A DNA stretch of 64,000 nucleotides, taken from contig MCFE01000346.1 in the NCBI GenBank assembly GCA_002104905.1, positions 1 to 64,000 on the forward strand, in the 5' to 3' direction. Under the pieces are notes generated by a model. The model saw only the letters and a list, made by a program, of their open reading frames with translations, had not been told where the DNA came from and ran no database searches. The position numbers and the translations under genes are program-made. The stretch is from Basidiobolus meristosporus CBS 931.73 (lineage: Eukaryota > Fungi > Basidiobolomycota). Positions 1 to 10,600 of the stretch are shown one piece after another (position 1 is the stretch's first letter; each line of letters begins with the position of its first letter).

Positions 1-222
1 AACCATGGCACCTTTGCTCTTCTGCCTTTGATGGTGTCTGCCATTCTTAAGATACTTTCTTAGCATACTAATGCAGGCCCCAAATTCATTTGCTTGTTTA
101 AATCCAGGATAATGCTCATGGAGCAAGTCAAGCATATTCTGCTTGGCCTTGAGTTCCTGATGGTCCCATGGTATGCTGGTCTTCAGGTGCTGACATGCTA
201 GACTTCTAACAGCCTCTTAGAT
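1..222 (-). mobile_element. Fragment of unassigned TE-associated ORF ('ORF B'), runs off the window to the left
   Basis: Reverse complement aligns closely with ~15480-15710 (both encode IPWDHQELKAKQNMLDLLHEHYPGFKQAN...MLRKYLKN); similarity stops just before the TIR at 226. Confidence 0.75.
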
Positions 223-327
223 AGTAGACTTGTTCCATTGTACCATGCCAGGGCGTGCGGCGCAATCCGCGGTTGTAAAGAACAATTGGGCGCGATATTA
301 TAGCTACCAGAAGGCAGGATTGTTCTT

Positions 328-395
328 GGACAATTTTGCACTATGCGGGACAATCTTGCACTATGCGGGACAATCTTGCACACTATGGCACAATC
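328..395 (+). repeat. Subterminal tandem repeat, 20-bp unit GGACAATCTTGCACTATGCG, about 3.5 copies
   Basis: Read directly: copies at 328, 348 and 368 plus a degenerate fourth, about 100 bp inside the TIR. Confidence 0.85.
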
Positions 396-468
396 TGACA
401 CAATGAGGTTGGCGCGGATGATCACGCAAACTCGTAATGTTTGCATCACGTGCGCGATTGGATACCGC

Positions 469-1538
469 TGTAGTGGGGTGACAGTGACACCCACTGACAG
501 ATGTGCTCATTCCCTTATTTTCTACTTCCCTATATCTCTACTACACTTATTTTAGTTTTATCCCATTTGTCTTACCCAATCAGTACTATCCCATAAGCCG
601 GTTGACTATCACACCTGTTACCTTATTGCATAAGTTACCCCTCACTTTATGTAAGATTACTAGCTATAAGTACTTCTATATTAGGCAAGTACCCGCGCCA
701 GTACCCGTGACACATGATCAGCCCATGTCACCATCCCTACCATTTCCATACCATATATGGTATCCCCATGTTACACAGGTTTCAGAATACTGATTCCTGA
801 TTGGTTGGATGTGCTGTGCCTCTTAGAACCTTCCAGCACCTACTTAGAACATTCTTAGGTCATTCTGATGTCATTAAGATTTCTATTGATCTCCGGAACC
901 TTCTGGAACACCTTGATTAGTAATCACTTAGCCAGTGAGAAAAGTATATAAGGGAGGCTATCCCTCAACAATAAATCATCATCCCTTTTATCAATATACC
1001 GACTTGTTGATTAGTGTGATCACTGCTACCTGCGGCTACCTGAACTTCCAACCCTAGACCACAGGACACTCCCAGGAAACCGCGCTGACAGCCAACTGAC
1101 CTTGGAGGCACTACTTGTGAGGAATACTCAGAGTAGGTATCTTTTATTATATTTGATTCTTTCCCAAGTTTGTTCTTGTACAGGCAAAGATACTTTTCTG
1201 TCTTTGTAACTATTGACCAAAGCGGCATTCTTATCAAGTCCCTGCTGGTGGAGTTTACAGTTGTTTTGACTTTGGAAGCTTTAGTACATTGTCATCTCAA
1301 AGGACGCTGAACCCAGCACATACTTTTGTTAAGACGCCAACTAAGTTGGGGATTGTAGCTCAATAGTTTTCCCTTGACAAGCTTGTGGCTTTATTCCCCT
1401 TCACATTAGATTAGAGACAGAACCCAAGTATTCCTAGCAAGCTTTTGCCAGAGGTTATTGCACCCAGTGAACACCCCACACACAAAACACTTGAGAAGTG
1501 TTGGACGTATCTCTCCCTTGGACTTATACACCACCACA
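469..1538 (+). mobile_element. Solo LTR (1070 bp), TG...CA, 4-bp TSD CCGC
   Basis: Begins TGTAGTGGGG, ends CACCACCACA; CCGC at 465-468 and 1539-1542; internal TATA-like (~944) and AATAAA (~970); inverted homolog at 13841-14909. Confidence 0.9.
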
Positions 1539-1953
1539 CCGCTTTAATGGCAGGTAAAATCCGGTATTTGGATATGTTTCTTTAATGTAAATGGAAATAA
1601 ATGTGTATCACACTATAAACTACACTGATACTGACCATTTTGGTTACCCTCACTCCAATTGGACGGTATCTCAGTGGTTAATTGGTCCAAAAGTATCCTG
1701 AAGCTGGCAGCCCCCAATTGGCTCATTGACTACTGAAACAGCTACCTGATTTGCCATCAAATATCCCATTTTGCCCATTGAGCAAGTAAATCCCTGATCC
1801 TAGTGATTGGACAAGGTGTGATAGCTAGCACGCAAGCGATTGTGTAGGTGCAAAACAGATCCAATAGCTGCACTGGTATTACAGATGACGTATATATATG
1901 CAGGGTGTTTATTTACAGGGGTTCTGTCTCAAATGTGAGACGACCTTGATATT

Positions 1954-2687
1954 AGACTTGTTCTGTTGGATAGTGCCACATTGAGCCATGAGTGCCAAAT
2001 GATGCCATACTGTGCCAGGGAGGCCAAGTGAGCCTATACTTGGCCACAGAGTGTGAAACACAGCTCTGCATCTTCATGCAAAGCAGCCCCTGTGTTTCAC
2101 CCATTGAGCTGGAGAAAATCCATTTTTTGACCTTTTTTTTTTAATCAATATTGTTCAAGATGTGTGAGAGCACAGAAGGACTGAAGACATGCATCTGATA
2201 CTCAACACCCATGGCACTCTGAATCTAGCTCCTGTGACTTGTATCATGTCACAAAAATTAATGGCACTATCTTGGTCCACTGGTACTATCTGGCACTATA
2301 TTTAAATATTAGCCCTAAAGTAAAACCTATATAAAGCACTAATAGTGCCAGATAGTACCAGTGGACCAAGATAGTGCCATTCATTTTTGTGGCATGATAC
2401 AAGCTACAGGAGCTAGATTCAGAGTGCCATGGGTATTGAGTACCCAATGCATGTCTTATATCTTTTTGTGCTCTTACACATCCTGCATGACATTGATTCA
2501 AAAAAAAAGGTAAAAAAATGGATTTTTTCCAGCTCAATGGGTGAAACACAGGGGCTGCTTTGCATGAAGATGCAGAGCTGTGTTTCACACTCTGTGGCCA
2601 AGTATAGGCTCACTTGGCCTCCCTGGCACACTATGGCATCATTTGGCACTCATGGCTCAATGTGGCACTATCCAACGGAACAAGTCT
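1954..2687. mobile_element. Foldback MITE, 734 bp, two 346-bp inverted arms around a 42-bp spacer, ATT target duplication
   Basis: Arms 1954-2299 and 2342-2687 are reverse complements; ATT at 1951-1953 and 2688-2690; the homologous host copy has the empty site CCTTGATATTACTTATATC with a single ATT (17527-17529). Confidence 0.93.
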
Positions 2688-2916
2688 ATTACTTATATCA
2701 AAAATTTGATGATCACTGATTTGCAATGGCTTGATTTGGATTGCAAAAAAAAAAGGTTGTCAGGATCATTACAAATGTGAGCAATTCAAAGCAATTGCAT
2801 CATCTTCTCCTGGGTTTTTTTCTCACAGGGATTACTACTGAAGCATTTGGTAGTGACTCACTTTGCACACCTATACTACTTCCTGGCTGACTATCATATT
2901 GGCTTTATGTGGACTA

Positions 2917-4031
2917 TTAGTCAGTATTTTGCCTCCTAGTTGATGAGTGCAATGCTGCAGCTTGGCCGCACTGAATTGCTCCGACTGAACCAACTGAACT
3001 GGCCTGTAGTGCCATGCGCTGACGTGTTCTTTTACTTGCCAAGGGCTCCGGTGGTTGAGGCACTTCATGTTGGTCATCATCAGTCAGTTCACCAGAAGTA
3101 ACTTGCTGATGGTCAGGCAAAATGGCATGCGCAGGCACGCCTTGACGCATTGAGATGGCCCTTGGCTGGTTCAATGTGATGCCGCATGTTGGCGCGACTT
3201 GGTCTGCTCCAATGGACTCGTGTCTAAATGAGCAGCTTGGGGAGTTCTTGTAGCTTTGCTCTGAAGCGCACGTGTTGACTCAACGCGGGGCATTCTGGTA
3301 AAGGGTGTTGGCGTGGTCTGGACTGACGTGCGCCGGCGCGCTATGGTTGCAAGAGATGGTAGGGAATCCAGCAAGGCGTGCTGGCGCAATCTGGACAATG
3401 TTGCTTGCGGTCTGTATTCTTCCTCCTGAAGCTCACCATCTGATTCCTCAAGGTATTCACTTACCCTCTGTCTGATACTTTGGAGCTGTTGCCTGGATGA
3501 GTCCTGTGTATATTACTCTTGGAAGCCACTTAGCTCTACTAATATATCACGTAGTACATTAGTCATTTGAGGCAAAAACTCATTCAAAATCTCTTTGGTT
3601 CCCAAAGTTGAGGCACAAACAGACGCGTCCGGCCTGTACTGTGCAAATTGCACGCAAAATCGTTCCTGTGCAGCTTCTTTGTCAAATCCCCTCACTCTCA
3701 GCTCATTCTTGATTTCAATACTTGTCTTGTTATATATCTTTTTACATACATCGGCTGGCATCTTGATGTAGAACTCATGCCACAGCTTTCTACTCAAATT
3801 CTTCCATCTTTGTCAACTCTCTGAGGTAACTAGTTCTGCTAGATTAATCAGTAGTGCCCAAATATCTGTATGAAGGCTCATCATAGACACTTAGGCCATA
3901 CTAAAATCATTTGGCAAGAACTCAAACGGATCCAACATAGACTTCTCTGGTCCGGACCGCGCTTGTGAGCTGGGGGATGGGTTTTGTCTGGGTTGTACTA
4001 AAGATGAGTTGAGGCTTGGTATGGGGACCAT
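2917..4031 (-). pseudogene. Accessory ORF2 of the DDE_Tnp_4 element (~370 aa when stops and one frameshift are read through), no recognised domain
   Basis: Frame MVPIPSLNSS...SRKLWHEFYIKMPADV...ELSGFQE..., broken by TAA/TGA stops, some at codons that are CAA in copy 2; homolog at 17756-18870. Confidence 0.7.
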
Positions 4032-4390
4032 AGCAACAGATTTGGATACTTATACAGCAGTATATTGGCATCAACCTGGTCTTATATTAAATATATATGA
4101 AAACTAAAGTGATTGTTGAATTTTCCATATATTATGCATGATGCATCTTGGATTGCGTTGACACAGATCCAATCACATCAATTGCAGATCTCCTATTAGA
4201 TTATAGACCTATGATTAAAGCATCAATAAAAGTACCAAGGCATTGTTTGCGGATGATTTTTGCGACATAATGATGGGATACATGGCAATTGATGGAGATT
4301 TAACCATAATGTGTTAAAAATCCGATAAATAACGCAGATTGCGCCGAATCAATTTAAACCGCCTTCATACAATCATCCATCAATTTTAAT

Positions 4391-5058
4391 ATGACTTACT
4401 CATCTGAATGGTCTTTTCTCATCAATCCCATCACTACCACTGGATTTCCTTTTGACACACTGGAGGAGATCTATACCAAGTACTGTGGACCATCAACCCC
4501 AATCTACTCAAGGAGATCCCTTGTTAAGCTTCTCTGCTATTACAAGAACTATTGCCCTACAAGGTTTCATCCCACCATCCATGGCAACAAAAGTCCTAGA
4601 AGCTTTCATTCCCAGCTGACAGCAATGGAGAACCACCTTGCAGAGGGTATGAATGACTTAGAGCAAGCTTGGAATACTAGGTTCAGAAGCTCCAATAGAC
4701 TTCCATATCCCAGAGTGTTCAGCAACAGGTTCCATATCAGGAGTATCTTGGATACCTTCCCAGTGAGGATTAACAGACCTTCTAGAGGGCAGAGGCACTT
4801 TTATTCTGGCAAGTACAAGGCACACTGTGTGAAGTTTCAAGCACTGTCTGACATTGAGGGTAACATCATCTGGTTTAGTGGGCCATTTGCTGGAAGTAGG
4901 CATGACAAAGCACTCTGGGTAGAGAATCATCCTGAATTCAGTAGAGGGGAGAAATGTATGGCAGACTTAGCCTATATAGGAGAGGATTGTCAGAGATTAG
5001 GATGTATTACAGCTTATAGGAAGCCAAGGAATGGTGTGCTTAGCAGGAAGCAGAAGCT
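4391..5058 (+). pseudogene. DDE_Tnp_4 (Harbinger/ISL2EU/IS5-like) transposase, C-terminally truncated
   Basis: ILDTFPVRINRP, FYSGKYKAHCVKFQ, D..G.I.WFSGP..GSRHD, MADLAYIG, YRKP...L...QKLF; the third catalytic residue region is replaced by foreign sequence at ~5059. Confidence 0.88.
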
Positions 5059-5420
5059 CTTTGCAGCAAAGATACTGCTTTCTCTACCTGGAATATTGAT
5101 TGCTCTACACGTATTATCCACTCATCCTGTTGCTGGACTATTCCTGATGTCTCTGGGCCATTGCCTCTATCCTACAAGCCACTGCACCTAATTGCCTCAT
5201 TAATGCTTTTGTATGAGCTGACAACATACTTGCTAATACATGCAATGGTGATGTTACAATGGCCACTTGCTGGTCTTCAACTGAAGGCACTGCTTCTGCT
5301 ACATTCTTCTCTGCCGTAGCAATATGGTCAGCTTGCAGCTCTGCAGACATTCTCTCTCTTGCCTTAGCACTTAATGGATTCTCAATAAAGAAGTACTCTA
5401 CCAGCAAATTCTACTGGCCA
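5059..5420 (-). mobile_element. Second fragment of ORF B
   Basis: ELQADHIATAEKNVAEAVPSVEDQQVAIVTSPLHVLASMLSAHTKALMRQLGAVA matches the 14868..15158 translation; DNA is an inverted homolog of ~14960-15243. Confidence 0.75.
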
Positions 5421-5489
5421 CTTGTTCTCTTCAGTATGAATCTGCTGCCTATCTTACAGTATCAGAGCTAAAATCTCACTGGTATCTGG

Positions 5490-7075
5490 GCCTAGATCAC
5501 AGTTCTACCTGGATAGCTACCTGTCTCCATTGCTGGATGAATATTGTATGCTTTCCAGTGGCAAAATAGTAAATGGACATCATGCAAAAGTGCATATTAC
5601 TTTCTGCATTAGAGGCACCCCAGCCATCAGTATGATAGCTGGCTTTTCTGACCATAATTGATGGTATTACTGCTGAATGTGTGAAATCCAGGGGGTTTAC
5701 TCCATAACTAATATATGCTATTATTACCCAAACACCAACTTTAAGAACATCATCTCCCACAAAGAGAGCATACAGAAGTCAGCATTTAATTGCAGCAAAG
5801 TTGGCAAGCTCTCAGCCATTGACCAGAACATGGAATCAAATGGAATTGGAGATACTGGAGATAGAGGATACCTGCAGGAGCAAAAGCTTTGCACTGGGCA
5901 CAATGCATTTGCTTTGCAATAATGTCTCTATGCTGATGACCAAGTTGTACATGGAGCATTTCAAGTTAAATGAGCCCTTTGAGATAAGAGAAATTTGAAA
6001 GAATTAGCAAGATATTACAGAGTATCTGCTATCCACATCACTTCTTATGTGCTTCATTCAATAATCATACCCATATGCTACAATAGAAATGTAATGACTG
6101 GACAAACTGAGTATGTATTTGTTCAGGTGGTAGTCTGAAGCCATTCCTAGCAAGAGTACATTAGATCCATTGGGAGTCATATTTGGACATTGTAGGAATA
6201 TTTATCCAGAATAAGATCACCAGTGCCAACTTGATACATCTACAGCTGTAGTGCAAGGAGTTTGTAATGGGATTTGAGCAGCTATACTGCAAGCATAGAG
6301 CTGATACCATAGATCTCTGCCACTACTGCATCCATTCTCCACTCCATCTTGCTTGGTATGTTGACAATTTTAGGCCTTGCTGCACCTTTTGGGAGTTTCC
6401 TATGGAGCAGATGTGTGGGGAGATAGGAAGTGAAGTCAAGTTGCAGGTTCTACCATATCCCAATCTCATCAAGAATATTCCCTTCAAGTCCATTGTGGAT
6501 GTGATGAGTTGGCACATGAATGACAGCCAGTAAGAGTTGGAAAATACCAAGGACAGATGTGCACATGGTGACATCTATGCCTCTGGCACTAAGAAGCTAA
6601 GCAGCCCCAATGTGTGGATAATTAGTTTAGTAATGTAAATTTAGGTTGGGTGCCACAAACTACTAATTTTTAATTGGAAACTTGACCAAAGTATGTGGAT
6701 TTCTCTTGGCCATAAGCTAACTTCTATCACAATCAATACAAAATCCACACAAACAAGACCCCAAGTGCACCTATTAAGTGGACTAGAACTCAGTTGGGAG
6801 GAGAAATATATTGGCTAAATACCAAGATGTTCTTTGCGGATATTCAAGAGGGATTCATGGCAGAAATGGCAACAACCAACCATATGTTTGCATGATTTTT
6901 ATGTTTCCAGCAGTACAAGGTATAAGGCAACTTTGCAAGTATCATACTCAAAAGCGGTAAAGTTGTGGCTATAGAAGTATGTCAATTGCAGCAGGTGTGC
7001 TTGTTTGTAGAGGTTGGTATGCAGGAGGCCATATATTTTTTTTGATTTGAACTATATGTGGAATACCCAAGGTAG
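5490..7075 (+). pseudogene. Transposase_21/tnp2 (CACTA/CMC-like, fungal type) transposase relic, 5' truncated
   Basis: Broken-frame motifs LDSYLSPLLDE, RGTPAISMIAGFSDHN*WYYC*MCEIQG and HSPLHLAWYVDNFRPCCTFWEFPMEQMCGEIGSEVKLQVLPYPNL (cf. GP.W.YW.F.MER.CG.L...KS...PY.NL of this family). Confidence 0.75.
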
Positions 7076-7384
7076 TAGTGGGTATGCAAGTAAAGAGGGG
7101 TGATTCTGCAGTGGAAGTTATGGGCTGCACAAGGGGAGGTAGAAAAAGGAAACACCTTTTGGTAACTTAGAACAGTAGCATTATTCAGAACTAGCTGTTG
7201 GGCACCATACTGCTGTGATAATACTGTCAGAAACTTGCAATAAAGCTGTCAATATACCATAATTTTTTTGTCATATTAAGCAAATGGATGTACTGGCCAG
7301 TTAGATCCACAGCAGTTATATGGACTGCTTTGCAGCTACCCTATTGGCAACCTGCTAGCTATGACTTCTTTTCTGGTTGCATAT

Positions 7385-7672
7385 ATTTTGGTCAATCAGT
7401 TTCTTGGGGGCTTACAGCTTGGAAAAACTCTAGAGTAATCAACCACTGACATTGTGGTCAATTGGAGTGAAGAATACCAAAATGGTATGCATCAGTGTTT
7501 TATATAGTGTGATATGCAATTTTTTTCATTTAAATTGAAGAAATCTAATCAAAATACAAGACTTTACCTACCATGCTAATGGTCTCTAATTGCCTATGTG
7601 ATATAAACATCACAAGTAGGCACAATTATCTTTGACAACCTTATTGTTCCAGATTGCACCACAGTGTCTAAC
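7385..7672. repeat. Inverted, diverged homolog of the subterminal region of the 226 TIR element
   Basis: 7561-7672 aligns without gaps to the reverse complement of 1560-1539 joined to 464-~375, i.e. it is LTR-free; similarity continues to ~7385 vs ~1740. Confidence 0.75.
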
Positions 7673-7699
7673 ATCCCTCCTGAAGAAAGAAGAAGCCTC

Positions 7700-10600
7700 C
7701 CTCAAAATGTCCAAATATCAAGAATGGAAGAATGCTTTGCAACAAATTCTGGCCCAGCAGCAACAATTACTCCAGATCCATAGCCAGCAGCAACAAGGAA
7801 TGACTACCATGGCCCAAAGTCAGCAAAACCTTGTCAAGAGCAACTTTAGTGCAAAGATCAACCAGTACCATGGTAGGGTCAATGAAAACCTGGGAACTTG
7901 GCTCTTCCAGATTGAAGAAGCTTGCAAGGCTAAGGGAATTGCTCCAGGAAGCAAGTTATATTATGCAGCTTTACAGTGTACAATAACAAGATCAGGTCAG
8001 CCACCATGATGCAATGCACTACAATTTCTACATGGGATGAGTTTGTGTTGGAAATTCAGGATGCCTTTGAGCCCCCACACCAATGGACACTACCAAGAAG
8101 AAAGTTGAAGACACTCATACAGAAAGCAATGGTCCAAGAGTATATATATTAATATCAAATTCTACTTGGGCAAATTGACAGAATGGACTCTCTTGACTAA
8201 GTTGACTACTTTATTGATGGGTTGAACAAAAGCACTTGTAAGGAAGTGAGTTATTGAAGACCTCAGACTATTGAAGAAGCCATCAAGATTGTAATTGACT
8301 ATGACTCAGCTATGTTTGGAGTTGGGAAGCCCACAATGACTAAGCAGAGAGGCTACAATCACTGTGAAAGAAGACAATCAGAAGCAGTGCCAATGGAAAT
8401 AGATGATATGCAGATGAATTCTACCTCAGAAGAATGTAAGAAGAAAGGACTTGGCTTCAGTTGCCACCAGCAGGGACATATTGCAAAGTACTGCCCTCAG
8501 AGAAGAAATGGACACCAGCTGTCAAGAACTTTTACCATATTAAGGCCCTACAGTATAGTAACATGGAAGATGAACTTGAAGAAGACTCAGAACTCACCTT
8601 CAATATGACAGAAAAATACCTATCTCAGATGACCTCAAACTCAGGAAAGCTATTATACTTGAATGGAGTAATCAATGAAGTACCTGCCAAGATCATCATT
8701 GACTCAGGAGCATTACATGAGTACATGTCAGAGCAATTTGCTTTGAGAGCTGGAATCAACTTGGAACCCACCAAATCAACTTCAGTTTCAACAGCCAATG
8801 GGGACTCTAACATAATCAACCTTATTACCCAGCCAATAAGAATGAAGATCAATGACTATGAAGAAGACCTACAGGCTTATATATTTGGGAACTGCAAGTT
8901 TGACCTTGTACTTGGAAAAACCTGGCTATTTTGTTGTAATCCATCAATCAACTGGAGAACCCATGCTACTCAGATCCAAAAAGACAACAAGACCTATGAG
9001 CTATTACCTGCCATGCTGGATTTCAACTTGGTCAATTCCAGTATGTGTGAGACAAGTGAACTTAGCAAGACCCAGTTCTGTAGAGCACTTAGAAAAGATA
9101 CCGAGATGTTCCTCATGGCAGTATTACAGGAGGATTCCTCTACCCCTGCACCCCAGCAGGTCCAGACTCTCTTGAAGAAATATTCAGACGTGTTCCCAGA
9201 TGAGCTTGTAAGCCTACCACCAGTCAGAGACGTGGATCATGCCATTGACACAGGAGATAGCCCTCCAGTGAGCAAGACACCTTACAGAATGAGTCCATTA
9301 GAATTGGAGGAAATGAAGAAACAAATTGATCAGCTATTGGAGCAAGGATACATCAGGCCCAGCAAGTCACCCCAGGGAGCACCAGTGCTTTTTGTGAAAA
9401 AGAAGGATGGAACACTTAGGATGTGCATTGACTACAGAGCCCTGAACTCAGTTACCGTCAAGAATAAGTACCCCATACCTTGGATTGATGAGCTTTTAAA
9501 CCAACTTAATGGAGCCACTATTTTCAGCAAGATTGACCTCATGTCAGGATACAAACAGATTAGGGTGAAGCCAGAAGACATCCCCAAGACAGCATTCAGG
9601 ACCAGATATGGACATTACAAGTACTTAGTCATGAGTTTTGGCCTCACCAATGCCCGTGCAACATTCATGACGCTGATGCAGACTGTCTTTCAGGAGTACT
9701 TAGACAAGTTTGTGATAATCTACCTGGATGACATATTGATATACAGCAAGACAGAAGAGGATCACGTAGTGCACATTGAAAAGGTCTTGAAGAAACTAAG
9801 AGAGAACAAGCTATATGGCAAGCTAGCCAAGTGTGAATTCTTCAAGGAGCATGTTGAATACCTGGGACACATAGTGACTAGCACAGGAGTAGCCTTAGAC
9901 CCAAAGAAGGTGGAAGTAATCAAGAACTTGAAGCAGCCCCATAGCATATCAGAACTCAGATCATTCCTTGGAATGGTTTCCTATTATTGGAGATTTGTCA
10001 GGTCCTTTGCAAGTATTTCAGCCCCTTTAACTGATATCCTCAAGAAAGACAATACCTACAAGTGGGACATAGCTTGTAAGACTGCCTTCCAGATGCTCAA
10101 GAATGAACTTGCTAAGCTACCAAGCTTAAGAATACCTGACTTCAGAAAAGAGTTTATTCTGTGCACAGGTGATTCAGATTATGCAATTGGTGGAGTGTTG
10201 AGCCAAGAACACAAGGGAAAGGACTACCCTGTTGCCTTTGAATCCAAGAAACTGAACTCAGCAGAGCAAAACTATCCAGTCCATGAGAAGGAGATGCTTG
10301 CTTTAGTATACTGTTTGAAGACATGGAGAAGCTATATTGAAGGAGTCAAATTCACTATGAAGACTGATCATGCCTCCCTCAAGTATATATTTACTCCAAA
10401 GATACTCTCTAGAAGAATGACAAGATGGAGTAAGTACAATCAGCAATTTGATTTGGGGATTGTCTACTGCCCTGGAAAAAGCAACACAGTTGCTGATGCC
10501 TTATCAAGATTGGATCAAGTTGCACAACTCAACTTGGTGCATGATTCATATTGGCCTAGCCTGTTACCAAAGTACTTGGAGGACTAAGCCATTCCTAATG

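Larger units (their letters stand above)
226..1900. mobile_element. Terminal segment of a TIR DNA transposon (terminus AGACTTGTTCCATTG), interrupted by a solo LTR; inner boundary approximate
   Basis: First 15 nt nearly identical to the MITE termini at 1954/2687; preceded by AGT; 20-bp subterminal repeats; after removing the LTR, ~385-468 plus 1543-1740 aligns inverted with ~7385-7672. Confidence 0.65.
1933..5058 (+). mobile_element. PHIS-superfamily (PIF/Harbinger/ISL2EU-like) DNA transposon, copy 1: divergent ORF2 plus DDE_Tnp_4 transposase, 3' truncated, carries the MITE
   Basis: Direct-repeat homology with ~17511-19806; transposase motifs; similarity to ORF B begins abruptly at ~5059. Confidence 0.8.

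Noticed and set aside
3800-3900. F-box-like look of ORF2 segment SLHTDIWALLINLAEL...KNLSRKLW
   Set aside because: Lacks the LP.E core, and copy 2 reads LHTDFCALL; too weak to call
8461-8608. gag/pol frame overlap as a programmed frameshift
   Set aside because: The element has many decay stops, so a mutational indel cannot be excluded; no clear slippery site was identified
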